64,000 nucleotides of DNA from an uncultured Eubacteriales bacterium (GTDB taxonomy: Bacteria > Bacillota > Clostridia > Lachnospirales > Anaerotignaceae). The position numbers and the translations under genes are program-made. Under the pieces are notes generated by a model that was not told where the DNA came from, searched no databases, and saw only the letters and a program-made list of their open reading frames with translations. How positions within the stretch are numbered: the first letter of the stretch is position 1; every line of letters starts with the position of its first letter. Of this stretch, positions 43,515 to 53,558 are shown in pieces. The stretch spans positions 3,850 to 67,849 of the forward strand of contig CATJUX010000044.1 in NCBI GenBank assembly GCA_949743895.1. Reading direction: 5' to 3'.

Positions 43515-43871
43515 TTATTTTGTTTTGTCGAATATGATTAAAGCGGCAATTACAAGTTCATCATCACTTTTGTTTTCAAGGCCATGGCTCTCGCCAGGTG
43601 CGCAATATGTGACATCACCGGCCTTTATTTCAACTTCAGTGCCGTTGTCGTTGTATATGCCTTCGCCTTTAAGCACGACATATGTTTCGCTCTCATTTTC
43701 GTGAATGTGATAGCCCATGGAGCTTTTTGGCGGGAATGTAACTATGTTGAAAAGCCTTCCGGCGCCCAAAAATTCGTCGCCTTCAAGCAGCTGATCGGCA
43801 AAAAGGCTGTTCAATCCGCCTTTTGCATTTTTCATTTCAATTGTTTCTCGTTCACTTTTTCTCTTAATCAT
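43515..43871 (-). CDS. Cupin-domain protein
   Basis: GYHIHENESETY and GESHGLEN cupin motifs; SD GGAGG. Confidence 0.9.
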   Translation of the reverse strand: MIKRKSERETIEMKNAKGGLNSLFADQLLEGDEFLGAGRLFNIVTFPPKSSMGYHIHENESETYVVLKGEGIYNDNGTEVEIKAGDVTYCAPGESHGLENKSDDELVIAALIIFDKTK

Positions 43872-43902
43872 TGGTTTTCCTCCTTAAATAAATTCTTAAC
43901 CA

Positions 43903-44382
43903 CTATTTGTGGTAAGGTTCGTTTTTGGCTATTTTGTAGGCTCTGTATATTTGTTCCAAAAGTATCACACGCATCATTTGGTGAGGAAAAGTCATTTTGG
44001 AAAAACTGAGGTGAAAATGACTTTTTGTGACCACGCTTTTTGAAAGACCCAATGAGCCCCCTATTATGAAAGTGAAATGACTTGTGCCATGAACAGCTTT
44101 TGTTTCAAGAAAATCTGAAAGTTCGGCTGAAGAAAGCTCCTTTCCGTCAATTTCAAGCGTGACAATGAATGAGTTTTCGTCAGCAACACTTAAAATTTTT
44201 GAACCTTCTTTTTCTTTGATTTGGTTTTCCAGAATTTCACTGGCCGATTGAGGAGTTTTTTCGTCAGAAACTTCAACAATTTCAAGCTTCACATATTTTG
44301 ACAGCCTTTTGGAATATTCATCAACAGCTTGTTTCCAATATTTTTCTTTGAGTTTTCCAACACAAATTATGGTTATTTTCAT
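43903..44382 (-). CDS. rlmH: 23S rRNA (pseudouridine1915-N3)-methyltransferase
   Basis: VGKLKEKY, IIGGSLG, TFPHQMMRVILLEQIYRA, PYHK. Confidence 0.97.
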   Translation of the reverse strand: MKITIICVGKLKEKYWKQAVDEYSKRLSKYVKLEIVEVSDEKTPQSASEILENQIKEKEGSKILSVADENSFIVTLEIDGKELSSAELSDFLETKAVHGTSHFTFIIGGSLGLSKSVVTKSHFHLSFSKMTFPHQMMRVILLEQIYRAYKIAKNEPYHK

Positions 44383-44390
44383 AGGCGGCC

Positions 44391-45182
44391 TCAAATTGTT
44401 ATGGGAGTGCTTGCAGAGTTTCTCAGCGCAACTTTCATGACAAAATCTTTCCCTGCATGTATGCCGTTGTCATATAGAATGTCATCAATTGATTTGTAGG
44501 CAAGAGATGGGGTGTTGTTTTCGGCGCTCAAATGGCCCAAGTATATGTGCTTTATTTTTCTGCTCATCACTTCAGAAAGAAGCTTTCCGGCATTTATGTT
44601 TGCCATGTGTCCATAGTCACTCAATATGCGCTTTTTTGTGTTGTATGGATAGGAGCCGTGTTTCAAAAGGTCAATGTCATGGTTGGCTTCAAGAAGAAGG
44701 ATTGCGCTGTCGGCAACAGCCTCTTTGACTGTGTCGTTGGCGTGGCCTATATCGGTTGCCACGGTGATTTTTGTGTCTCCGGCAAATATGTTGAATCCAA
44801 CAGGTTCTGCAGCATCATGAGGAATGTCAAATGGTTTTATGCACATGTCGTTAAACTTTAGCTTTTCACCGCTGTATATTATTTTTTTGTTTTTGCGTGA
44901 TATTTTTCCTAGGCTTTCCTCCATGGCACTCCATGTGCCTTCGGTTGCATATATTGGAATGTCAAAACGGCGGGAAATTATTCCGGCACCTTTTATGTGG
45001 TCAATGTGTTCATGGGTTATAAATATGCCGTCAATGTTTTTGCAGTTTATATTTATTGAAAGGAGGGTGTCCTCAATTTTTTTGCCGCTGACACCAGCGT
45101 CTATGAGCAAGTGGGTATATTCTGTGCCTATGTAAGTGCTGTTGCCGGAGCTTCCGCTGACAAGAGGGCAAAATTTAATCAT
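44391..45182 (-). CDS. MBL-fold metallo-hydrolase (YycJ/WalJ-like)
   Basis: SGSSGNS, THEHIDH, PHDAAEP, LEANHD, GHLSAENN. Confidence 0.92.
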   Translation of the reverse strand: MIKFCPLVSGSSGNSTYIGTEYTHLLIDAGVSGKKIEDTLLSININCKNIDGIFITHEHIDHIKGAGIISRRFDIPIYATEGTWSAMEESLGKISRKNKKIIYSGEKLKFNDMCIKPFDIPHDAAEPVGFNIFAGDTKITVATDIGHANDTVKEAVADSAILLLEANHDIDLLKHGSYPYNTKKRILSDYGHMANINAGKLLSEVMSRKIKHIYLGHLSAENNTPSLAYKSIDDILYDNGIHAGKDFVMKVALRNSASTPITI

Positions 45183-45196
45183 TAAAATTCCTCCAG

Positions 45197-46459
45197 TCAA
45201 TCAATGGAAACCCTTGATATGTCAGCGCCCAATGAGCGAAGCTTTTTTTCTATTTCTTCATATCCACGGTCAATATATCTTATTTCTCCTATCTCTGTTT
45301 CGCCATTGGCGGCAAGCCCGGCCAAAACCATGGCGGCGCCGGCGCGAAGATCAGTGGCTGAAACTTTGGAGCCGGTCAACTGGCTTGTGCCGTTTATAAT
45401 TGCCGCACGGCCGTCAACACTGATTTGGGCGCCAAGACGCTTGAGTTCTTCTGTGTATTGATAGCGGTTTTCCCACACATTTTCAGTGATTTCGCTTGTG
45501 CCATTGGCAAGGGAAAGGAGTGAAGCCATTTGAGGCTGCAAGTCTGTTGGAAAGCCCGGATATGCCATTGTGCGGACATCAACTGCAGAAAGCTTTTTGC
45601 CAACAGCATTGACACGTATTGAATCATCAAATTCCATGACATCTGCACCCATCTCAACAAGTTTGGCTGAAAGGGAATCCATATGTTTTGGAATTAGGTT
45701 TTTGACAAGCACATCACCACCGGTTATCGCTGCGGCGATCATATATGTTCCGGCTTCAATTTGATCAGGGATTATTGTATATTCAGCGCCATGAAGTTTT
45801 TCAACTCCAACAATGCGGATAATATCGGTTCCGGCACCTTTGATTTTTGCTCCCATTATGTTGAGGAAGTTTGCAACATCAACGATGTGCGGCTCTTTGG
45901 CGGCGTTTTCTATGGTTGTTGTTCCCTTTGCCAGCGAGGCAGCAAGCATCAAATTTACAGTGGCTCCCACGCTGACTGTGTCCATATAAATTGATGTGCC
46001 AATGAGCTCTTTTGCCCAAACTTTGATTATGTTTCTTTCAATGGACACTTCGGCGCCAAGTTTTTGAAAGCCTTTGAGGTGAAGATCGATTGGTCTTGAG
46101 CCAAAATCGCATCCCCCGGGCATGGCAACTTCAGCTTTTTTATACCTTCCAAGAAGTGCTCCAAGGAGATAATAGGAGGCACGCATTCTTTTAACTTCAT
46201 CAAATGTGGCTGATATATTTTCTATATTACAACTGTTAACTTTTAGTGTGTGTTTATCAATAAATTCACATTTCGCGCCTATTTTGTTCATTGTTTTGTA
46301 GAGACTTACAACATCTTCAATGTATGGAAGATTTTCAATGATACAGACATCATCGGCCATTATGGCGGCCGGAATTATAGCAACTGCGGCATTTTTGGCA
46401 CCACTGATTTCAACTTCGCCTTTAAGGCAGTTGGGGCCGTTTATAACAAGTTTGTGCAT
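45197..46459 (-). CDS. murA: UDP-N-acetylglucosamine 1-carboxyvinyltransferase
   Basis: SGAKNAA, MRASY, PGGCDFGSRPIDLH, YPGFPTD, DLRAGAA. Confidence 0.97.
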   Translation of the reverse strand: MHKLVINGPNCLKGEVEISGAKNAAVAIIPAAIMADDVCIIENLPYIEDVVSLYKTMNKIGAKCEFIDKHTLKVNSCNIENISATFDEVKRMRASYYLLGALLGRYKKAEVAMPGGCDFGSRPIDLHLKGFQKLGAEVSIERNIIKVWAKELIGTSIYMDTVSVGATVNLMLAASLAKGTTTIENAAKEPHIVDVANFLNIMGAKIKGAGTDIIRIVGVEKLHGAEYTIIPDQIEAGTYMIAAAITGGDVLVKNLIPKHMDSLSAKLVEMGADVMEFDDSIRVNAVGKKLSAVDVRTMAYPGFPTDLQPQMASLLSLANGTSEITENVWENRYQYTEELKRLGAQISVDGRAAIINGTSQLTGSKVSATDLRAGAAMVLAGLAANGETEIGEIRYIDRGYEEIEKKLRSLGADISRVSID

Positions 46460-46980
46460 CAAACATTCAAACTCCTTCAAATCTATTTATACAATATAAA
46501 TTATATATAAGTGGCAGTTAATTACGAATTAAAAACACATTTTACTAAGTAACCATTATAACACAAAAATGCCATATATGAAAAGGATTATTTTGTAAAG
46601 CTCTGCCAAAGATTGACAGATCAAATATAAAATTTTGTATATTTTGGGACTATTTTGTTGTGGGTTTTGAATTGATGCAACAAATTCAAGCGGTATTACG
46701 CGAACTGGAAGTTTTGGTGAAGCAGTTTGTCAAAATGTGAATATATATTTGGGGCATAACTTGAAAAACAATTGTGATGAATGAATTTGTGACAAACAAA
46801 AAATTTGTCATTTATATAATAGCAAATGAGTTATATATCTTTCATGTGCGAGCTTAATTTTGGAAAATGAAGAAAAGTAAGAACTGTTTTTGTTCCACAT
46901 TGTAAGTATGCATCTCGATAATTTGTGACATTTGCAAACAATCTTCGTTTGCCAGAAATTTATATTTGCGCTGAATAAAA

Positions 46981-47014
46981 GAGTAAGCACCTGTTTTTTC
47001 GGAAGGGCTTACTC
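46981..47014 (-). terminator. Terminator of the DEAD-box helicase gene
   Basis: GAGTAAGC / GCTTACTC stem followed by TTTTATT on the minus strand. Confidence 0.65.
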
Positions 47015-47068
47015 TATAATCAAAAATATTTTTTGGGCAATTAAAACCGAAAATAAAATCTGTATATT

Positions 47069-48232
47069 TTATTTCTTCTTTTTTATGGAAGTTTTTTTCA
47101 CAGGGTCTGAAAGCTTGCCATAGCTCATGACTTTTTCGGATATAACAATGTTATATGTTTTTTCATATCTTGAAATCCATTTTTTTTCGTTGGCAGCCAC
47201 AATGTTTATCACTGTTCCAGAGGCGCCGTTTCGCCCGGTTCTTCCGGCTCTATGCTGATAATATACGGGCTCTTCGGGGATGTCAATGTTGACCACGATT
47301 TCAACATCATCAAAATCAAGGCCGCGCGCGCCTATGTCGGAAGCAATGAGAATGTTGCTTCTTCCTTCTCTAAAGCTTTCCATTGTGTTTCTTCTGTCGG
47401 CTTTGTGTGCAGCGCCATAAATGCCTCCGGCTTTAAGGCCATGATAGTTCAATTTTTCAACCATTTCTTCTATGCTGTTTGGATTGTTGAGAAAGACAAT
47501 CAGCCTTTTTGGCTTCATTCCGGCAACAATTTTTCTGAGCATAACTATTTTGTCACGTTTGTCACAAATTATATAGTGGTGAACAATGCTTTCGGGAAGC
47601 ATGATTTTTTCGTTTTGAATTAGTGTATAGTCATCAGTCATTTCAGAAATTGTGTTTTGCGTTTTTTTGTCTATAGATGCTGAAAGGAACACAAGCTGTC
47701 TCTCACTGGCAAGTGTTGTTTTTATGATTGCTTTGACTGTGTCGATGTTCAAGCTGTCAAGCATTCTGTCAGCTTCGTCAATCACAATTGTCTTGCATGT
47801 GTGTGCCTGAATTTTTTTCTTTTTTATCAAATCCAATATGCGGCCTGCAGAGCCAACAACAATTTGGGGTTTTTCTTTAAGTTTGTCTAACTGTCTTGAA
47901 ATGTCGGCGCCGCCTATGATGAGAGCGGTTTTGATTGAAGACCCCGAATTTTCGGCAAGAATGCGCGCTTGTTTGCTGACTTGAACGGCAAGTTCATGAG
48001 TTGGAGTTATTATTATTGCCTGTGTGCTTCTCAAAGAGGGGCTGATGCTTGCGAACAGAGGCAAAATGTAGGCAAGGGTTTTTCCGCTTCCTGTTTCGCT
48101 TTTGATGACAACATTTTTTCTTTGAATTATATGGGGTATGGATTTTTCCTGAATTTCTGTGGGATAATAAATTCCTTGGGCGTTAAGCCCTTTTGTCAAG
48201 TTTTCGTCTATGCCTAATTCGTTAAAGTTCAT
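47069..48232 (-). CDS. DEAD-box RNA helicase
   Basis: PTEIQ, ETGSGKT, PTHELA, DEAD, SAS, ARGLD, HRAGRTGR. Confidence 0.95.
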   Translation of the reverse strand: MNFNELGIDENLTKGLNAQGIYYPTEIQEKSIPHIIQRKNVVIKSETGSGKTLAYILPLFASISPSLRSTQAIIITPTHELAVQVSKQARILAENSGSSIKTALIIGGADISRQLDKLKEKPQIVVGSAGRILDLIKKKKIQAHTCKTIVIDEADRMLDSLNIDTVKAIIKTTLASERQLVFLSASIDKKTQNTISEMTDDYTLIQNEKIMLPESIVHHYIICDKRDKIVMLRKIVAGMKPKRLIVFLNNPNSIEEMVEKLNYHGLKAGGIYGAAHKADRRNTMESFREGRSNILIASDIGARGLDFDDVEIVVNIDIPEEPVYYQHRAGRTGRNGASGTVINIVAANEKKWISRYEKTYNIVISEKVMSYGKLSDPVKKTSIKKKK

Positions 48233-48472
48233 ATTTGATTTTTCCTTCCTAAGTGTAGCCATAAGAGCAGATTTATAAACCGCTGTCATATGTGTTGGCG
48301 TTTTGTTGCTTTTTGTTATCAAATATTATAATTGTTTTTCTTGCCGGTGTAAAGTGAAGTTGTGATTTATAGTTATAATTACTGTTTTGGGCTGTTTGAT
48401 ATGTTAATTAACGAAAAAATTTTTTGAGACATACATGCTTTTGCCATCAGTATGTGCATTTGTGAAACAGAT

Positions 48473-49159
48473 TTATGAATATTTTTGGTGATTCCCTGTC
48501 AGATAGTTTGATATGCCTATGTATAAAGCCCACGCAATTTTCTCCTGATATTCTTCGCTGTTGAGGAGAGCCTCTTCGTTTGGATTGCTCAGGAAGCCGC
48601 ATTCCACAAGTGCGGCGGCCATTTTTGGTTTTTTTAATATGTAATAGTCATTGTTGGCTTTTATTTGGCGGGAATTGTTTGGATCGGCATATGTTTTGAG
48701 GCTGTTTTGTATTTCGGAAGCCAATGCCTCGCCTTCTTCAGAACCGCTGTAATAGAAAACCTGTGCGCCTTTTGCGTTTGGTGATGTGAATGAATTTTGG
48801 TGTATGCTCAAAAGAATGTCGCCATCTGCACTGTTGGCAATTTCTTTCCGCTGGCGCATGTCATCGCGTTTGCTGTTGCCAAGGGCTTCGTCGCTCACAC
48901 GGCTTATTATGACAGTTGCGCCCGACTGCTCCAAATGGCTTTGCAACTTCAGCGCTATGGCAAGGTTTATGTCTTTCTCATTTTTCCCTGTTGAGCCTGT
49001 TTTTCCGGGATCAAACCCGCCATGGCCAACATCTATCACAACTGTTTTATGCCCCAAAGGAAGCATTGACATGGCTGTTTTGCAGTCCATATAGTTTTTA
49101 TATGCGGCCGCAACAATCAAAAATGAAAAAAATAATATTTTTGTTCTTTTTAATCTCAT
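48473..49159 (-). CDS. cwlD: N-acetylmuramoyl-L-alanine amidase (CwlD-like, Amidase_3)
   Basis: IDVGHGGFDPG, EKDINL, SIHQNSF, LVECGFLSN; N-terminal TM anchor. Confidence 0.85.
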   Translation of the reverse strand: MRLKRTKILFFSFLIVAAAYKNYMDCKTAMSMLPLGHKTVVIDVGHGGFDPGKTGSTGKNEKDINLAIALKLQSHLEQSGATVIISRVSDEALGNSKRDDMRQRKEIANSADGDILLSIHQNSFTSPNAKGAQVFYYSGSEEGEALASEIQNSLKTYADPNNSRQIKANNDYYILKKPKMAAALVECGFLSNPNEEALLNSEEYQEKIAWALYIGISNYLTGNHQKYS

Positions 49160-49223
49160 TTTCCTCACAACCTAATTCACATATATGTTTATATAATTTT
49201 ATTCTTAAAATGGGGGTTTATTA

Positions 49224-49252
49224 TTGATTTATAACTTGCAAGGCTGTATAAT
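49224..49252 (+). promoter_or_regulatory. Putative sigma-A promoter of crt
   Basis: TTGATT-17 bp-TATAAT. Confidence 0.65.
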
Positions 49253-49305
49253 ATTTCCATGGCTATTTATTTGCGTATTTATAAAACTAAGGGGGAATTA
49301 TCGCA

Positions 49306-50109
49306 ATGAAGCTTGCAGAATTGAAAGACACTCTTAATAATCTCGTTGTTGAGATTGACGGCGCTGTTGCTGTTGTGACAATCAACAGGCCAAAGGCGCT
49401 CAATGCGCTCAATGCTGAAACACTTGAAGAGATCAAAAAAACAATGGAATGTATTGGTGAAGATGAATCGGTGCGTGGCGTTATTATAACAGGAGCTGGC
49501 GAAAAATCTTTTGTGGCTGGGGCTGACATATCACAGTTTGTTCCTCTTGACGCCATTGGCGGAAGAAAATGTTCTGAGCTTGGACAAGCTGCGTGTTCAT
49601 CAATTGAGAAGCTTGAAAAACCTGTCATTGCAGCTGTTAATGGCTATGCACTTGGCGGTGGCAATGAAATTTCAATGGCCTGCGACATTAGAATTGCCAG
49701 CACAAAGGCCGTTTTTGGACAGCCTGAAGTCAACCTTGGAATCATGCCTTGTTTTGGTGGCACACAGCGCCTCACAAGACTTGTTGGATATGGATATGCC
49801 AAAGAAATGGTTTTTACAGCAAGACAGGTTAAGGCTGACGAGGCTTTGAGAATTGGGCTTGTCAACAAAGTTGTTGAACCTGAAGAACTTATGGCTTCTG
49901 CAAAAGAAATGATGGCCACAATACTCTCAAAAGCACCTATTGCCGTTCAAATGTGCAAGGTTGCCATAAACAGAGGCAAAGAGATGGACTTTGACGATGC
50001 CCTTGAGCTTGAAAGAGACGTCACAGGCTTGCTTTTCTCAACAGCTGACAAAACAGAGGGTGTTGACGCGTTTCTTAACAAAAGAAAGGCTGAATTCACA
50101 GGCAAGTAA
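49306..50109 (+). CDS. crt: Short-chain enoyl-CoA hydratase (crotonase)
   Basis: NRPKALNALN, FVAGADI, GGGNEISMACD, GQPEVNLG (both catalytic Glu present). Confidence 0.88.
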   Translation: MKLAELKDTLNNLVVEIDGAVAVVTINRPKALNALNAETLEEIKKTMECIGEDESVRGVIITGAGEKSFVAGADISQFVPLDAIGGRKCSELGQAACSSIEKLEKPVIAAVNGYALGGGNEISMACDIRIASTKAVFGQPEVNLGIMPCFGGTQRLTRLVGYGYAKEMVFTARQVKADEALRIGLVNKVVEPEELMASAKEMMATILSKAPIAVQMCKVAINRGKEMDFDDALELERDVTGLLFSTADKTEGVDAFLNKRKAEFTGK

Positions 50110-50141
50110 TAAATTTTTATGATTTTCGAATATATCAGCAT

Positions 50142-50175
50142 AAAACTGTCGGATTATATAACTTCGGCAGTTTTT
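50142..50175 (+). terminator. Intrinsic terminator after crt
   Basis: AAAACTGTCGGA / TTCGGCAGTTTTT. Confidence 0.75.
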
Positions 50176-50420
50176 GTGTTGAATGAATTTGTGTCTAACA
50201 TGCGAATTCAAAAAAGCTTTGATGTGAATATAGATTTTTGAGCTAAATATTATTCTGATTTTAAGGCATGATGAATTGCCAATAATGGCTTTTTAGTTTG
50301 AGGCAGATGCATTTGGCAGTTCATAAAAAGTTATGAGAAAATATAAAATGCAATTGATTTTAAAAGTATTTAACAGTTTTTGACTATTTTGTCTTTTTTC
50401 TTAAATTTTGGTTATTATCG

Positions 50421-50449
50421 TTGAAAAACCGATATAATTTTGTTATATT
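50421..50449 (+). promoter_or_regulatory. Putative sigma-A promoter of terD
   Basis: TTGAAA-17 bp-TATATT with extended TG. Confidence 0.55.
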
Positions 50450-50485
50450 AGTAGAAATATGTTTGATTTAAGGAGGTTGATATCT

Positions 50486-51067
50486 ATGGCTATTTGTTTA
50501 TCTAAAGGCCAAAAAGTTGACTTAACAAAAAGCAATCCAGGATTAAATAAAATTATGGTTGGTCTTGGATGGGATGTGAATGCGTTTGACTCTGGTGGCG
50601 ACTTTGATCTCGATGCTGCGGCGTTCATGCTTGGAGGAGACGGAAAATGTCCAACAGACAAGGAATTTATTTTCTATGGCAATCTTAAGCATTCAAGCGG
50701 TGCAGTTGAGCACATGGGTGACAACCTTACGGGCAGTGGCGAGGGCGATGACGAACAAATTTTGATTGATTTGTCAAAAGTGCCTGACAGCGTTTCCAAA
50801 ATTGATTTCACAGTCACAATATATGAGGCGGAAGAAAGAAGACAAAACTTTGGACAAGTTTCCAATGCTTTTATAAGAATTGTTGATGAATCAAGCAACA
50901 CAGAATTGATAAGATATGACCTTGGGGAAGACTTCTCAATTGAAACAGCCATTGTTGTTGGCGAGTTATATAGAAATGGCGCTGAGTGGAAGTTTAATGC
51001 CATTGGAAGTGGCTTTCAAGGCGGCCTTGCAGCACTTTGTGCACATTTTGGAATAAATGTTGCATAA
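50486..51067 (+). CDS. TerD-family stress protein
   Basis: [45 protein letters not shown]. Confidence 0.95.
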   Translation: MAICLSKGQKVDLTKSNPGLNKIMVGLGWDVNAFDSGGDFDLDAAAFMLGGDGKCPTDKEFIFYGNLKHSSGAVEHMGDNLTGSGEGDDEQILIDLSKVPDSVSKIDFTVTIYEAEERRQNFGQVSNAFIRIVDESSNTELIRYDLGEDFSIETAIVVGELYRNGAEWKFNAIGSGFQGGLAALCAHFGINVA

Positions 51068-51100
51068 ATTTGGCTGACACATTGAGTCAATAAAAATATG

Positions 51101-51146
51101 AAAAGCGTTTTCAGCCGTATGTCAAAAATGGCTGGAAACGCTTTTT
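51101..51146. terminator. Bidirectional terminator between terD and MATE
   Basis: AAAAGCGTTTTCAGCC / GGCTGGAAACGCTTTTT. Confidence 0.85.
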
Positions 51147-51154
51147 GTTGTTTT

Positions 51155-52594
51155 TCAAATTTGTTGTTTTTGATATGGTGTTGGAATTCTGTCCAATATT
51201 TTTTTGTAGTTCAGTTTGAACATAATCACTGTCACAGCCACTGCTATTGCGTCAGACACAGGCTCGGCAAGGAAAACACAAAATGTTTTTGAAGCATTGG
51301 GAAACAAATTTGCCACAGTTGGAGGAATCATTCTCATCAACTGGTTTTCAGGGAGCACTGCTGGAAAAATGAAAATTAACGGTATAAGCAATATAATTTT
51401 TCTTAAAACAGCAAGAAACACGGATATTTTGGCCTCGCCCAAAGCAATGAATGTTTGCTGACAGGCTATTTGAGCGCCAAAGAGAAGCGAGGAGGCCATA
51501 TAAACACGCATTGACCATGAAGCGGCAGACATGAGCTGGGCATTGTTTGTAAAAAGACTGATGAATATGTTGGGAACAAACATTGCAACAGCCCAAAAAA
51601 TAATTGTGTAGGCAAGTGAGAGACATATAAGAAGCCTGAAAACGTCTGTAACGCGCTGTTTGTTTCCAGCGCCATAGTTGAAACTGACTATTGGCTGCGC
51701 TCCCTGAGTTAATCCTGTGAGCGGAAGAAGCGTGAACTGCATACAGCTTGAAAGTATTGTCATGGATCCAACAGCTATGTCGCCGCCATATTTTTGAAGC
51801 GAAGTGTTGAAACATATTGTCAGTATGCTTTCTGTGGACTGCATTATAAACGGTGAAATTCCAAGTGCCACAACGCCTGAAATTATTTTTGTGTCAAGTT
51901 TGAGATTTTCTTTTTTGATCTTGAGCGTGGTTTTTTGGCCTGTCAAAAATTTGAGAACCCATATCGCCGAAACAGCCTGAGAGATGACTGTGGCTGTGGC
52001 CGCTCCTTTAACGTTGAGGCCGAGTCCCCATATAAAAATTGGATCAAGAATTATGTTGAGAACAGCGCCTATGACAGTTGTTTTCATGCCAACAGAGGCA
52101 AAGCCCTGAGTTGTGATGAATGGATTGAGGCCGAGAACAATTTGTATGAATATTGTGCCAAGGCAATAGATCCGCATATAATCCATGGCATATTTAATTG
52201 TGTTTTCGCTTGCGCCAAAAAACATGAGAAGCTTGTTTTGAAATATGAAAATTATGGTGGTCAGCATTATGGAAATTGCGATTAGTGCAGCGGCACATGA
52301 GCCTATAATTTTTTCTGCACTTTTGTTGTCGCCTTTGCCCATTCTTATGGCAGCCTGAGGTGCGCCGCCCATGCCTATGAGACTGCTGAATGCCGAAATG
52401 AGCATTATAATTGGAAATGTGATGCCAACGCCTGTTAAAGCGTCAGTCCCTATTTCAGAAATATGACCTATATACATTCTGTCAACAATGTTGTAAAGCA
52501 CATTTATGATTTGAGCTGTTATTGCTGGAAATGCCATTGAAAAAAGAAGTTTTCCAATTTTTTCATGGCCCAGGTCAGCTTTTGAATCTGTCAT
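51155..52594 (-). CDS. MATE-family efflux transporter
   Basis: YNIVDRMYIG, NIILDPIFI, GAATATVISQ, GAQPIVSFNYGAG; about 12 TM segments. Confidence 0.95.
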   Translation of the reverse strand: MTDSKADLGHEKIGKLLFSMAFPAITAQIINVLYNIVDRMYIGHISEIGTDALTGVGITFPIIMLISAFSSLIGMGGAPQAAIRMGKGDNKSAEKIIGSCAAALIAISIMLTTIIFIFQNKLLMFFGASENTIKYAMDYMRIYCLGTIFIQIVLGLNPFITTQGFASVGMKTTVIGAVLNIILDPIFIWGLGLNVKGAATATVISQAVSAIWVLKFLTGQKTTLKIKKENLKLDTKIISGVVALGISPFIMQSTESILTICFNTSLQKYGGDIAVGSMTILSSCMQFTLLPLTGLTQGAQPIVSFNYGAGNKQRVTDVFRLLICLSLAYTIIFWAVAMFVPNIFISLFTNNAQLMSAASWSMRVYMASSLLFGAQIACQQTFIALGEAKISVFLAVLRKIILLIPLIFIFPAVLPENQLMRMIPPTVANLFPNASKTFCVFLAEPVSDAIAVAVTVIMFKLNYKKILDRIPTPYQKQQI

Positions 52595-52839
52595 AACACC
52601 ATCTCCATATTTAATTATGTAGGTTTTAAGCTTTCAGTTGATGACAGCATTTGTGCAAAGTTGTGACACTTTCGCATTATACTGTTTACGCATGAGCAAA
52701 TAGTATGCTTTTATTAACTTGAGGAAAGCTATATATTAGCGTTGTAAAAAGCAGTATATCAAATTTTTGGAAGATAGTCAAAACAATGTTTTTGTTGTCG
52801 AAACCAAATTCCTTTATGTGTGAAATGAGACAATGCAAA

Positions 52840-52875
52840 TTTTGATACAAGCAAGATACATTTTTGTTGTAAAAT
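52840..52875 (+). promoter_or_regulatory. Direct-repeat operator plus extended -10 upstream of the response regulator
   Basis: GATACA at 52844 and 52855 (11-bp period), then 9 bp, then TAAAAT at 52870; no consensus -35. Confidence 0.65.
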
Positions 52876-52898
52876 TTATGGTTAAGGAGGTGTTTCAA

Positions 52899-53558
52899 AT
52901 GGTTAGGATACTCATTGTTGAAGATGAGAAACCAATTTCAGATTTGATCAAGATGAATCTTCTTGAAGAAGGGTATGAATGCACTTGTGCTTATGACGGG
53001 CAGGAAGCTGCTGATATTATAGAAAAAGAAACATTTGATTTGATTTTGCTTGACATAATGCTTCCGGCCATAGATGGTTATGAGCTTTTTGAATATATAA
53101 ATTTCTATCACACACCAGTTATATTTTTGACAGCAAAAGCAGATGTGAAAGACAAAGTTAAAGCGCTTAAAGCGGGCGCTGAAGACTATATAACAAAGCC
53201 GTTTGAGATAATGGAGCTTTTGGCAAGAGTTGAAAACGTGCTTAGAAGACACAACAAAACTTCTAAAGAGATAGAATTCAAAAACATAAAAATCGACATA
53301 TGCGCAAGAAAAGTTTTGATGAACGGTGAACACATATATTTGACGGCAAAAGAATTTGATCTTTTGATCCTGCTTGCAAGGAATAGAAACAAAGCGCTTT
53401 ATCGCAGCCAGATATATGCCAGTGTGTGGGGAGAGGATTATATGGGTGACAGCCGAACAGTGGACTTGCATATACAACGCCTCAGAAAAAAGCTGTCGCT
53501 TAAGTGTGAAATTGTTTCTGTTTATAAAATAGGATACCGTTTGGAGGTTCGGCAATGA
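52899..53558 (+). CDS. OmpR-family response regulator
   Basis: IVEDE, LLDIMLP, FLTAK, DYITKPF; winged helix (RTVDLHIQRLRKK, VYKIGYRL). Confidence 0.96.
   Translation: MVRILIVEDEKPISDLIKMNLLEEGYECTCAYDGQEAADIIEKETFDLILLDIMLPAIDGYELFEYINFYHTPVIFLTAKADVKDKVKALKAGAEDYITKPFEIMELLARVENVLRRHNKTSKEIEFKNIKIDICARKVLMNGEHIYLTAKEFDLLILLARNRNKALYRSQIYASVWGEDYMGDSRTVDLHIQRLRKKLSLKCEIVSVYKIGYRLEVRQ

Noticed and set aside
46675-46740. 21-codon ORF MQQIQAVLRELEVLVKQFVKM that looks amphipathic
   Set aside because: No convincing SD; the nearest TTGACA/TATATT pair has a 19-bp spacer; expected by chance.
52796-52802. Perfect Spo0A boxes (TGTCGAA) here and near 14424 and 31346
   Set aside because: About one such 7-mer is expected by chance in this much AT-rich intergenic DNA; two lie downstream of genes.
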